This document shows positions 13,125 to 26,400 of a DNA stretch of 64,000 nucleotides, one piece after another. Both the position numbers and the translations under genes were made by a program. The DNA is taken from the NCBI RefSeq assembly GCF_009914755.1, contig NC_060925.1. One strand, 5' to 3'. The notes below the pieces were generated by a model. It was not told where the DNA came from, did no database searches, and was given only the letters and a program-made list of their open reading frames with translations. The DNA is from the human T2T-CHM13v2.0 reference genome, Homo sapiens. Numbering within the stretch: position 1 is the first letter of the stretch; each line of letters begins with the position of its first letter.

Positions 13125-16100
13125 ACTTTGAGGCCTTCGTTGGAAACGGGATTTCTTCATATTGTGCTAGACGGAATAATTCTCAGTAACTTCCTTGTGT
13201 TGTGTGTATTCAACTCACAGAGTTGAACGATCCTTTACAGAGAGCAGACTTGAAACACTCTTTTTGTGGAATTTGCAAGTGGAGATTTCAGCCGCTTTGA
13301 GGTCAATTGTAGAATAGGAAATATCTTCCTATAGAAACTAGACAGAATGATTCTCATAAACTCCTTTGTGATGTGTGCGTTCAACTCACAGACTTTAACC
13401 TTTCTTTTCATAGAGCAGTTAGGAAACACTCTGTTTGTAAAGTCTGCAAGTGGATATTCAGACCTCCTTGAGGCCTTCGTTGGAAACGGGATTTCTTCAT
13501 ATTCTGCTAGACAGAAGAATTCTCAGTAACTTCCTTGTGTTGTGTGTATTCAACTCACAGAGTTGAACGATCCTTTACACAGAGCAGACTTGAAACACTC
13601 TTTTTGTGGAATTTGCAAGTGGAGATTTCAGCCGCTTTGAGGTCAATGGTAGAAAAGGAAACTATCTTCGTATAAAGACTAGACAGAATGATTCTCAGAA
13701 AATCCTTTGTGATGTGTGCGTTCAACTCACAGAGTTTAACTTTTCTTTTCATAGAGCAGTTAGGAAACACTCTGTTTGTAAAGTCTGCAAGTGGATATTC
13801 AGACCTCTTTGAGGCCTTCGTTGGAAACGGGGTTTCTTCATATTGTGCTAGACAGAATAATTGTCAGTAACTTCCTTGTGTTGTGTGTATTCAACTCACA
13901 GAGTTGAACGATCCTTTACAGAGAGCAGACTTGAAACACTCTTTTTGTGGAATTTGCAAGTGGAGATTTCAGCCGCTTTGAGGTCAATGGTAGAATAGGA
14001 AATATCTTCCTATAGAAACTAGACAGAATGATTCTCATAAACTCCTTTGTGATGTGTGCGTTCAACTCACAGAGTTTAACCTTTCTTTTCATAGAGCAGT
14101 TAGGAAACACTCTGTTTGTAAAGTCTGCAAGTGGATATTCAGACCTCTTTGAGGCCTTCGTTGGAAACGGGATTTCTTCATATTCTGCTAGACAGAAGAA
14201 TTCTCAGTAACTTCCTTGTGTTGTGTGTACTCAACTCACAGAGTTGAACGATCCTTTACACAGAGCAGACTTGAAACACTCTTTTTGTGGAATTTGCAAG
14301 TGTAGATTTCAAGCGCTTTAAGGTCAATGGCAGAAAAGGAAATATCTTCGTTTCAAAACTAGACAGAATCATTCCCACAAACTGCGTTGTGATGTGTTCG
14401 TTCAACTCACAGAATTTAACCTTTCTGTTCATAGAGCAGTTAGGAAACACTCTGTATGTAAAGTCTGTAAGTGGATATTCTGACGTCTTGTGGCCTTCGT
14501 TGGAAACGGGATTTCTTCATATTCTGCTGGACAGAAGAATTCTCAGTAACTTCCTTGTGTTGTGTGTATTCAACTGACAGAGTTGAACGATCCTTTACAC
14601 AGAGCAGACTTGAAACACTCTTTTTGTGGAATTTGCAAGTGGAGATTTCAGCCGCTTTGAGGTCAATGGTAGAATAGGAAATATCTTCCTATAGAAACTA
14701 GACAGAATGATTCTCATAAACTCCTTTGTGATGTGTGCATTCAACTCACAGAGTTTCACCTTTCTTTTCATAGAGCAGTTAGGAAACACTCTGTTTGTAA
14801 AGTCTGCAAGTGGATATTCAGACCTCCTTGAGGTCTTCGTTGGAAACGGGATTTCTTCATATTCTGCTAGATAGAAGAATTCTCAGTAACTTCCTTGTGT
14901 TGTGTGTATTCAACTCACAGAGTTGAACGATCCTTTACACAGAGCAGACTTGAAACACTCTTTTTGTGGAATTTGCAAGTGGAGATTTCAGCCGCTTTGA
15001 GGTCAATGGTAGAAAAGGAAACTATCTTCGTATAAAGACTAGACAGAATGATTCTCAGAAAATCCTTTGTGACGTGTGCGTTCAACTCACAGAGTTTAAC
15101 TTTTCTTTTCATAGAGCAGTTAGGAAACACTCTGTTTGTAAAGTCTGCAAGTGGATATTCAGACCTCTTTGAGGCCTTCGTTGGAAACGGGATTTCTTCA
15201 TATTCTGCTAGACAGAAGAATTCTCAGTAACTTCCTTGTGTTGTGTGTATTCAACTCACAGAGTTGAACGATCCTTTACAGAGAGCAGACTTGAAACACT
15301 CTTTTTGTGGAATTTGCAAGTGGAGATTTCAGCCGCTTTGAGGTCAATGGTAGAATAGGAAATATCTTCGTAGAAAAACTAGACAGAATGATTCTCAGAA
15401 ACTCCTTTGTGATGTGTGCGTTCAACTCACAGAGTTTAACTTTTCTTTTCATAGAGCAGTTAGGAAACACTCTGTTTGTAAAGTCTGCAAGTGGATATTC
15501 AGACCTCTTTGAGACCTTCGTTGGAAACGGGATTTCTTCATATTCTGCTAGACAGAAGAATTCTCAGTAACTTCCTTGTGTTGTGTGTATTCAACTCACA
15601 GAGTTGAACGATCCTTTACACAGAGCAGACTTGAAACACTCTTTTTGTGGAATTTGCAAGTGGAGATTTCAGCCGCTTTGAGGTCAATGGTAGAAAAGGA
15701 AACTATCTTCGTATAAAGACTAGACAGAATGATTCTCAGAAAATCCTTTGTGATGTGTGCGTTCAACTCACAGAGTTTAACTTTTCTTTTCATAGAGCAG
15801 TTAGGAAACACTCTGTTTGTAATGTCTGCAAATGGATATTCAGACCTCTTTGAGGCCTTCGTTGGAAAAGGGTTTTCTTCATATTGTGCTAGACAGAATA
15901 ATTCTCAGTAACTTCCTTGTGTTGTGTGTATTCAACTCACAGAGTTGAACGATCCTTTACAGAGAGCAGACTTGAAACACTCTTTTTGTGGAATTTGCAA
16001 GTGGAGATTTCAGCCGCTTTGAGGTCAATGGTAGAATAGGAAATATCTTCCTATAGAAACTAGACAGAATGATTCTCAGAAAGTCCTTTGTGATGTGTTT

Positions 16101-16919
16101 GTTCAACTCACAGAGTTTAACCTTTCTTTTCATAGAGCAGTTAGGAAACACTCTGTTTGTAAAGTCTGCAAGTGGATATTCAGACCTCTTTGAGGCCTTC
16201 GTTGGAAACGGGATTTCTTCATATTCTGCTAGACAGAAGAATTCTCAGTAACTTCCTTGTGTTGTGTGTATTCAACTCACAGAGTTGAACGATCCTTTAC
16301 ACAGAGCAGACTTGAAACACTCTTTTTGTGGAATTTGCAACTGTAGATTTCAAGCGCTTTAAGGTCAATGGCAGAAAAGCAGATATCTTCGTTTCAAAAC
16401 TAGACAGAATCATTCCCACAAACTGCGTTGTGATGTGTTCGTTCAACTCACAGAGTTTAACCTTTCTGTTCATAGAGCAGTTAGGAAACACTCTGTTTGT
16501 AAAGTCTGCAAGTGGATATTCAGACCTCTTTGAAGCCTTCGATGGAAACGGGATTTCTTCATATTCTGCTAGACAGAAGAATTCTCAGTAACTTCCTTGT
16601 GTTGTGTGTATTCAACTCACAGAGTTGAACGATCCTTTACACAGAGCAGACTTGAAACACTCTTTTTGTGGAATTTGCAAGTGGAGATTTCATCCACTTT
16701 GAGGTCAATAGTAGAAAAGGAAATATCTTCGTAGAAAAACTAGACAGAATGATTCTCAGAAAGTCCTTTGTGATGTGTGTGTTCAACTCACAGAGTTTAA
16801 CCTTTCTTTTCATAGAGCAGTTAGTAAACACTCTGTTTATAAAGTCTGCAAGTGGATAATCAGACCCCTTTGAGGCCTTCGTTGGAAACGGGATTTCTTC
16901 ATATTATGCTAGACAGAAG

Positions 16920-19900
16920 AATTCTCAGTAACTTCCTTGTGTTGTGTGTATTCAACTGACAGAGTTGAACTTTCATTTAGAGAGAGCAGATTTGAAACAC
17001 TGTTTTTGTGGAATTTGCAAGTGGAGATTTCAAACGCTTTGGGGCCAAAGGCAGAAAAGGAAATATCTTCGTATAAAAACTAGACAGAATCATTCTCAGA
17101 AACTGCTGTGTGATGTGTGCGTTCAACTCTCAGAGTTTAACTTTTCTTTTCATTCAGCGGTTTGGAAACACTCTGTTTGTAAAGTCTGCACGTGGATATT
17201 TTGACCACTTAGAGGCCTTCGTTGGAAACGGGTTTTTTTCATGTAAGGCTAGACAGAAGAATTCCCAGTAACTTCCTTGTGTTGTGTGCATTCAACTCAC
17301 AGAGTTGAACGTTCCCTTAGACAGTGCAGATTTGAAACACTCTATTTGTGCAATTTGCAAGTGTAGATTTCAAGCGCTTTAAGGTCAATGGCAGAAAAGG
17401 AAATATCTTCGTTTCAAAACTAGACAGAATCATTCCCACAAACTGCGTTGTGATGTTTTCGTTCAACTCACAGAGTTTAACCTTTCTGTTCATAGAGCAG
17501 TTAGGAAACACTCTGTTTGTAAAGTCTGTAAGTGGATATTCTGACATCTTGTGGCCTTCGTTGGAAACGGGATTTCTTCATATTCTGCTAGACAGAAGAA
17601 TTCTCAGTAACTTCCTTGTGTTGTGTGTATTCAACTCACAGAGTTGAACGATCCTTTACACAGAGCGGACTTGAAACACTCTTTTTGTGGAATTTGCAAG
17701 TGGAGATTTTAGCCGATTTGAGGTCAATGGTAGAATAGGAAATATCTTCCTATAGAAACAAGACAGAATGATTCTCATAAACTCCTTTGTGATGTGTGCA
17801 TTCAACTCACAGAGTTTCACCTTTCTTTTCATAGAGCAGTTAGGAAACACTCTGTTTGTAAAGTCTGCAAGTGGATATTCAGACCTCCTTGAGGCCTTCG
17901 TTGGAAACGGGATTTCTTCATATTCTGCTAGACAGAAGAATTCTCAGTAACTTCCTTGTGTTGTGTGTATTCAACTCACAGAGTTGAACGATCCTTTACA
18001 CAGAGCAGACTTGAAACACTCTTTTTGTGGAATTTGCAAGTGGAGATTTCAGCCGCTTTGAGGTCAATGGTAGAAAAGGAAACTATCTTCGTATAAAGAC
18101 TAGACAGAATGATTCTCAGAAAATCCTTTGTGATGTGTGCGTTCAACTCACAGAGTTTAACTTTTCTTTTCATAGAGCAGTTAGGAAACACTCTGTTTGT
18201 AAAGTCTGCAAGTGGATATTCAGACCTCTTTGAGGCCTTCGTTGGAAACGGGATTTCTTCATATTCTGCTAGACAGAAGAATTCTCAGTAACTTCCTTGT
18301 GTTGTGTGTATTCAACTCACAGAGTTGAACGATCCTTTACACAGAGCAGACTTGAAACACTCTTTTTGTGGAATTTGCAAGTGGAGGTTTCATCCACTTT
18401 GAGGTCAATTGTAGAAAAGGAAATATCTTCGTAGAAAAACTAGACAGAATGATTCTCAGAAAGTCCTTTGTGATGTGTGTGTTCAACTCACAGAGTTTAA
18501 CCTTTCTTTTCATAGAGCAGTTAGTAAACACTCTGTTTATAAAGTCTGCAAGTGGATAATCAGACCCCTTTGAGGCCTTCGTTGGAAACGGGATTTCTTC
18601 ATATTATGCTAGACAGAAGAATTCTCAGTAACTTCCTTGTGTTGTGTGTATTCAACTGACAGAGTTGAACTTTCATTTAGAGAGAGCAGATTTGAAATAC
18701 TGTTTTTGTGGAATTTGCAAGTGGAGATTTCAAACGCTTTGGGGCCAAAGGCAGAAAAGGAAATATCTTCGTATGAAAACTAGACAGAATCATTCTCAGA
18801 AACTGCTGTGTGATGTGTGCGTTCAACTCTCAGAGTTTAACTTTTCTTTTCATTCAGCGGTTTGGAAACACTCTGTTTGTAAAGTCTGCACGTGGATATT
18901 TTGACCACTTAGAGGCCTTCGTTGGAAACGGGATTTTTTCATGTAAGGCTAGACAGAAGAATTCCCAGTAACTTCCTTGTGTTGTGTGCATTCAACTCAC
19001 AGAGTTGAACGTTCCCTTAGACAGAGCAGATTTGAAACACTCTATTTGTGCAATTTGCAAGTGTAGATTTCAAGCGCTTTAAGGTGAATGGCAGAAAAGG
19101 AAATATCTTCGTTTCAAAACTAGACAGAATCATTCCCACAAACTGCGTTGTGATGTGTTCGTTCAACTCACAGAGTTTAACCTTTCTGTTCATAGAGCAG
19201 TTAGGAAACACTCTGTTTGTAAAGTCTGTAAGTGGATATTCTGACATCTTGTGGCCTTCGTTGGAAACGGGATTTCTTCATATTCTGCTAGACAGAAGAA
19301 TTCTCAGTAACTTCCTTGTGTTGTGTGTATTCAACTCACAGAGTTGAACGATCCTTTACACAGAGCGGACTTGAAACACTCTTTTTGTGGAATTTGCAAG
19401 TGGAGATTTTAGCCGATTTGAGGTCAATGGTAGAATAGGAAATATCTTCCTATAGAAACTAGACAGAATGATTCTCATAAACTCCTTTGTGATGTGTACA
19501 TTCAACTCACAGAGTTTCACCTTTCTTTTCATAGAGCAGTTAGGAAACACTCTGTTTGTAAAGTCTGCAAGTGGATATTCAGACCTCCTTGAGGCCTTCG
19601 TTGGAAACGGGATTTCTTCATATTCTGCTAGACAGAAGAATTCTCAGTAACTTCCTTGTGTTGTGTGTATTCAACTCACAGAGTTGAACGATCCTTTACA
19701 CAGAGCAGACTTGAAACACTCTTTTTGTGGAATTTGCAAGTGGAGATTTCAGCCGCTTTGAGGTCAATGGTAGAAAAGGAAACTATCTTCGTATAAAGAC
19801 TAGACAGAATGATTCTCAGAAAATCCTTTGTGATGTGTGCGTTCAACTCACAGAGTTTAACTTTTCTTTTCATAGAGCAGTTAGGAAACACTCTGTTTGT

Positions 19901-22900
19901 AAAGTCTGCAAGTGGATATTCAGACCTCTTTGAGGCCTTCGTTGGAAACGTTATTTCTTCATATTATGCTAGACAGAATAATTCTCAGTAACTTCCTTGT
20001 GTTGTGTGTATTCAACTCACAGAGTTGAACGATCCTTTACACAGAGCAGACTTGAAACACTCTTTTTATGGAATTTGCAAGTGGAGATTTCAGCCACTTT
20101 GAGGTCAATAGTAGAAAAGGAAATATCTTCGTAGAAAAACTAGACAGAATGATTCTCAGAAAGTCCTTTGTGATGTGTGTGTTCAAATCACAGAGTTTAA
20201 CCTTTCTTTTCATAGAGCAGTTAGTAAACACTCTGTTTATAAAGTCTGCAAGTGGATAATCAGACCCCTTTGAGGCCTTCGTTGGAAACGGGATTTCCTC
20301 ATATTATGCTAGACAGAAGAATTCTCAGTAACTTCCTTGTGTTGTGTGTATTCAACTGACAGAGTTGAACTTTCATTTAGAGAGAGCAGATTTGAAATAC
20401 TGTTTTTGTGGAATTTGCAAGTGGAGATTTCAAACGCTTTGGGGCCAAAGGCAGAAAAGGAAATATCTTCGTATGAAAACTAGACAGAATCATTCTCAGA
20501 AACTGCTGTGTGATGTGTGGGTTCAACTCTCAGAGTTTAACTTTTCTTTTCATTCAGCGGTTTGGAAACACTCTGTTTGTAAAGTCTGCACGTGGATATT
20601 TTGACCACTTAGAGGCCTTCGTTGGAAACGGGATTTTTTCATGTAAGGCTAGACAGAAGAATTCCCAGTAACTTCCTTGTGTTGTGTGCATTCAACTCAC
20701 AGAGTTGAACGTTCCCTTAGACAGAGCAGATTTGAAACACTCTATTTGTGCAATTTGCAAGTGTAGATTTCAAGCGCTTTAAGGTCAATGGCAGAAAAGG
20801 AAATATCTTCGTTTCAAAACTAGACAGAATCATTCCCACAAACTGCGTTGTGATGTGTTCGTTCAACTCACAGAGTTTAACCTTTCTGTTCATAGAGCAG
20901 TTAGGAAACACTCTGTTTGTAAAGTCTGTAAGTGGATATTCTGACATCTTGTGGCCTTCGTTGGAAACGTTATTTCTTCATATTATGCTAGACAGAATAA
21001 TTCTCAGTAACTTCCTTGTGTTGTGTGTATTCAACTCACAGAGTTGAACGATCCTTTACACAGAGCAGACTTGAAACACTCTTTTTGTGGAATTTGCAAG
21101 TGGAGATTTCAGCCACTTTGAGGTCAATGGTAGAATAGGAAATATCTTCCTATAGAAACTAGACAGAATGATTCTCAGAAACTCCTTTGTGATGTGTGCG
21201 TTCAACTCACAGAATTTAACATTTCTTTTCATAGAGCAGTTAGGAAACACTCTGTTTGTAAAGTCTGCAAGTGGATATTCAGACCTCTTTGAGGCCTTCG
21301 TTGGAAACGGGATTTCTTCATATTCTGCTAGACAGAAGAATTCTCAGTAACTTCCTTGTGTTGTGTGTATTCAACTCACAGAGTTGAAAGATCCTTTACA
21401 GAGAGCAGACTTTAAACACTCTTTTTGTGGAATTTGCAAGTGGAGATTTCAGCCGCTTTGAGGTCAATGGTAGAAAAGGAAACTATCTTCGTATAAAGAT
21501 TAGACAGAATGATTCTCAGAAAATCCTTTGTGATGTGTGCGTTCAACTCACAGAGTTTAACTTTTCTTTTCATAGAGCAGTTAGGAAACACTCTGTTTGT
21601 AAAGTCTGCAAGTGGATATTCAGACCTCTTTGAGGCCTTCGTTGGAAACGGGATTTCTTCATATTCTGCTAGACAGAAGAATTCTCAGTAACTTCCTTGT
21701 GTTGTGTGTATTCAACTCACAGAGTTGAACGATCCTTTACACAGAGCAGACTTGAAACACTCTTTTTGTGGAATTTGCAAGTGGAGATTTCATCCACTTT
21801 GAGGTCAATAGTAGAAAAGGAAATATCTTCGTAGAAAAACTAGACAGAATGATTCTCAGAAAGTCCTTTGTGATGTGTGTGTTCAACTCACAGAGTTTAA
21901 CCTTTCTTTTCATAGAGCAGTTAGTAAACACTCTGTTTATAAAGTCTGCAAGTGGATAATCAGACCCCTTTGAGGCCTTCGTTGGAAACGGGATTTCTTC
22001 ATATTATGCTAGACAGAAGAATACTCAGTAACTTCCTTGTGTTGTGTGTATTCAACTGACAGAGTTGAACTTTCATTTAGAGAGAGCAGATTTGAAATAC
22101 TGTTTTTGTGGAATTTGCAAGTGGAGATTTCAAACGCTTTGGGGCCAAAGGCAGAAAAGGAAATATCTTCGTATAAAAACTAGACAGAATCATTCTCAGA
22201 AACTGCTGTGTGATGTGTGCGTTCAACTCTCAGAGTTTAACTTTTCTTTTCATTCAGCGGTTTGGAAACACTCTGTTTGTAAAGTCTGCACGTGGATATT
22301 TTGACCACTTAGAGGCCTTCGTTGGAAACGGGTTTTTTTCATGTAAGGCTAGACAGAAGAATTCCCAGTAACTTCCTTGTGTTGTGTGCATTCAACTCAC
22401 AGAGTTGAACGTTCCCTTAGACAGAGCAGATTTGAAACACTCAATTTGTGCAATTTGCAAGTGTAGATTTCAAGCGCTTTAAGGTCAATGGCAGAAAAGG
22501 AAATATCTTCGTTTCAAAACTAGACAGAATCATTCCCACAAACTGCGTTGTGATGTGTTCGTTCAACTCACAGAGTTTAACCTTTCTGTTCATAGAGCAG
22601 TTAGGAAACACTCTGTTTGTAAAGTCTGTAAGTGGATATTCTGACATCTTGTGGCCTTCGTTGGAAACGGGATTTCTTCATATTCTGCTAGACAGAAGAA
22701 TTCTCAGTAACTTCCTTGTGTTGTGTGTATTCAACTCACAGAGTTGCACGATCCTTTACACAGAGCGGACTTGAAACACTCTTTTTGTGGAATTTGCAAG
22801 TGGAGATTTTAGCCGATTTGAGGTCAATGGTAGAATAGGAAATATCTTCCTATAGAAACTAGACAGAATGATTCTCATAAACTCCTTTGTGATGTGTGCA

Positions 22901-23400
22901 TTCAACTCACAGAGTTTCACCTCTCTTTTCATAGAGCAGTTAGGAAACACTCTGTTTGTAAAGTCTGCAAGTGGATATTCAGACCTCCTTGAGGCCTTCG
23001 TTGGAAACGGGATTTCTTCATATTCTGCTAGACAGAAGAATTCTCAGTAACTTCCTTGTGTTGTGTGTATTCAACTCACAGAGTTGAACGATCCTTTACA
23101 CAGAGCAGACTTGAAACACTCTTTTTGTGGAATTTGCAAGTGGAGATTTCAGCCGCTTTGAGGTCAATGGTAGAAAAGGAAACTATCTTCGTATAAAGAC
23201 TAGACAGAATGATTCTCAGAAAATCCTTTGTGATGTGTGCGTTCAACTCACAGAGTTTAACTTTTCTTTTCATAGAGCAGTTAGGAAACACTCTGTTTGT
23301 AAAGTCTGCAAGTGGATATTCAGACCTCTTTGAGGCCTTCGTTGGAAACGTTATTTCTTCATATTATGCTAGACAGAATAATTCTCAGTAACTTCCTTGT
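16920..23400 (+). repeat. Run of 1700 bp (10-monomer) higher-order units
   Basis: X markers at 16944, 18644, 20344 and 22044 and 341 bp dimers at 18027, 19727, 21427 and 23127 are each exactly 1700 bp apart. Confidence 0.8.
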
Positions 23401-26400
23401 GTTGTGTGTATTCAACTCACAGAGTTGAACGATCCTTTACACAGAGCAGACTTGAAACACTCTTTTTGTGGAATTTGCAAGTGGAGATTTCAGCCACTTT
23501 GAGGTCAATGGTAGAATAGGAAATATCTTCCTATAGAAACTAGACAGAATGATTCTCAGAAACTCCTTTGTGATGTGTGCGTTCAATTCACAGAATTTAA
23601 CATTTCTTTTCATAGAGCAGTTAGGAAACACTCTGTTTGTAAAGTCTGCAAGTGGATATTCAGACCTCTTTGAGGCCTTCGTTGGAAACGGGATTTCTTC
23701 ATATTCTGCTAGACAGAAGAATTCTCAGTAACTTCCTTTTGTTGTGTGTATTCAACTCACAGAGTTGAACGATCCTTTACACAGAGCAGACTTGAAACAC
23801 TCTTTTTGTGGAATTTCCAAGTGGAGATTTCAGCCGCTTTGAGGTCAATGGTAGAATAGGAAATATCTTCGTAGAAAAACTAGACAGAATGATTCTCAGA
23901 AACTCCTTTGTGATGTGTGCGTTCAACTCACAGAGTTTAACTTTTCTTTTCATAGAGCAGTTAGGAAACACTCTGTTTGTAAAGTCTGCAAGTGGATATT
24001 CAGACCTCTTTGAGGCCTTCGTTGGAAACGGGATTTCTTCATATTCTGCTAGACAGAAGAATTCTCAGTAACTTCCTTGTGTTGTGTGTATTCAACTCAC
24101 AGAGTTGAACGATCCTTTACACAGAGCAGACTTGAAACACTCTTTTTGTGGAATTTGCAAGTGGAGATTTCAGCCGCTTTGAAGTCAATGGTAGAAAAGG
24201 AAACTATCTTCGTATAAAGACTAGACAGAATGATTCTCAGAAAATCCTTTGTGATGTGTGCGTTCAACTCACAGAGTTTAACTTTTCTTTTCATAGAGCA
24301 GTTAGGAAACACTCTGTTTGTAAAGTCTGCAAGTGGATATTCAGACCCTTTTGAGGCCTTCGTTGGAAACGGGATTTCTTCATATTATGCTAGACAGAAG
24401 AATTCTCAGTAACTTCCTTGTGTTGTGTTTATTCAACTGACAGAGTTGAACTTTCATTTAGAGAGAGCAGATTTGAAACACTGTTTTTGTGGAATTTGCA
24501 AGTGGAGATTTCAAGCGCTTTGGGGCCAAAGGCAGAAAACGAAATATCTTCGTATAAAAACTAGACAGAATCATTCTCAGAAACTGCTGCGTGATGTGTG
24601 CGTTCAACTCTCAGAGTTTAACTTTTCTTTTAATTCAGCGGTTTGGAAACACTCTGTTTGTAAAGTCTGCACGTGGATATTTTGACCACTTAGAGGCCTT
24701 CGTTGGAAACGGGTTTTTTGCATGTAAGGCTAGACAGAAGAATTCCCAGTAACTTCCTTGTGTTGTGTGCATTCAACTCACAGAGTTGAACGTTCCCTTA
24801 GACAGAGCAGATTTGAAACACTCTATTTGTGCAATTTGCAAGTGTAGATTTCAAGCGCTTTAAGGTCAATGGCAGAAAAGGAAATATCTTCGTTTCAAAA
24901 CTAGACAGAATCATTCCCACAAACTGCGTTGTGATGTGTTCGTTCAACTCACAGAGTTTAACCTTTCTGTTCATAGAGCAGTTAGGAAACACTCTGTTGT
25001 AAAGTCTGTAAGTGGATATTCTGACATCTTGTGGCCTTCGTTGGAAACGGGATTTCTTCATATTCTGCTAGACAGAAGAATTCTCAGTAACTTCCTTGTG
25101 TTGTGTGTATTCAACTCACAGAGTTGAACGATCCTTTACACAGAGCGGACTTGAAACACTCTTTTTGTGGAATTTGCAAGTGGAGATTTCAGCCGCTTTG
25201 AGGTCAATGGTAGAATAGGAAACTATCTTCGTAGAAAAATTAGACAGAATGATTCTCAGAAAATCCTTTGTGATGTGTGCGTTCAACTCACAGAGTTTAA
25301 CTTTTCTATTCATAGAGCAGTTAGGAAACACTCTGTTTGTAAAGTCTGCAAGTGGATATTCAGACCTCTTTGAGGCCTTCGTTGGAAACGTTATTTCTTC
25401 ATATTATGCTAGACAGAATAATTCTCAGTAACTTCCTTGTGTTGTGTGTATTCAACTCACAGAGTTGAACGATCCTTTACACAGAGCAGACTTGAAACAC
25501 TCTTTTTGTGGAATTTGCAAGTGGAGATTTCATCCAATTTGAGGTCAATAGTAGAAAAGGAAATATCTTCGTAGAAAAACTAGACAGAATGATTCTCAGA
25601 AAGTCCTTTGTGATGTGTGTTTTCAACTCACAGAGTTTAACCTTTCTTTTCATAGAGCAGTTAGTAAACACTCTGTTTATAAAGTCTGTAAGTGGATAAT
25701 CAGACCCCTTTGAGGCCTTCGTTGGAAACGGGATTTCTTCATATTATGCTAGACAGAAGAATTCTCAGTAACTTCCTTGTGTTGTGTTTATTCAACTGAC
25801 AGAGTTGAACTTTCATTTAGAGAGAGCAGATTTGAAACACTGTTTTTGTGGAATTTGCAAGTGGAGATTTCAAGCGCTTTGGGGCCAAAGGCAGAAAAGG
25901 AAATATCTTCGTATAAAAACTAGACAGAATGATTCTCAGAAACTGCTGCGTGATGTGTGCGTTCAACTCTCAGAGTTTAACTTTTCTTTTCATTCAGCGG
26001 TTTGGAAACACTCTGTTTGTAAAGTCTGCACGTGGATATTTTGACCACTTAGAGGCCTTCGTTGGAAACGGGTATTTTTCATGTAAGGCTAGACAGAAGA
26101 ATTCCCAGTAAATTCCTTGTGTTGTGTGCATTCAACTCACAGAGTTGAACGATCCCTTAGACAGAGCAGATTTGAAACACTCTATTTGTGCAATTTGCAA
26201 GTGTAGATTTCAAGCGCTTTAAGGTCAATGGCAGAAAAGGGAATATCTTCGTTTCAAAACTAGACAGAATCATTCCCACAAACTGGGTTGTGATGTGTTC
26301 GTTCAACTCACAGAGTTTAACCTTTCTGTTCATAGAGCAGTTAGGAAACACTCTGTTTGTAAAGGCTGTAAGTGGATATTCTGACATCTTGTGGCCTTCG

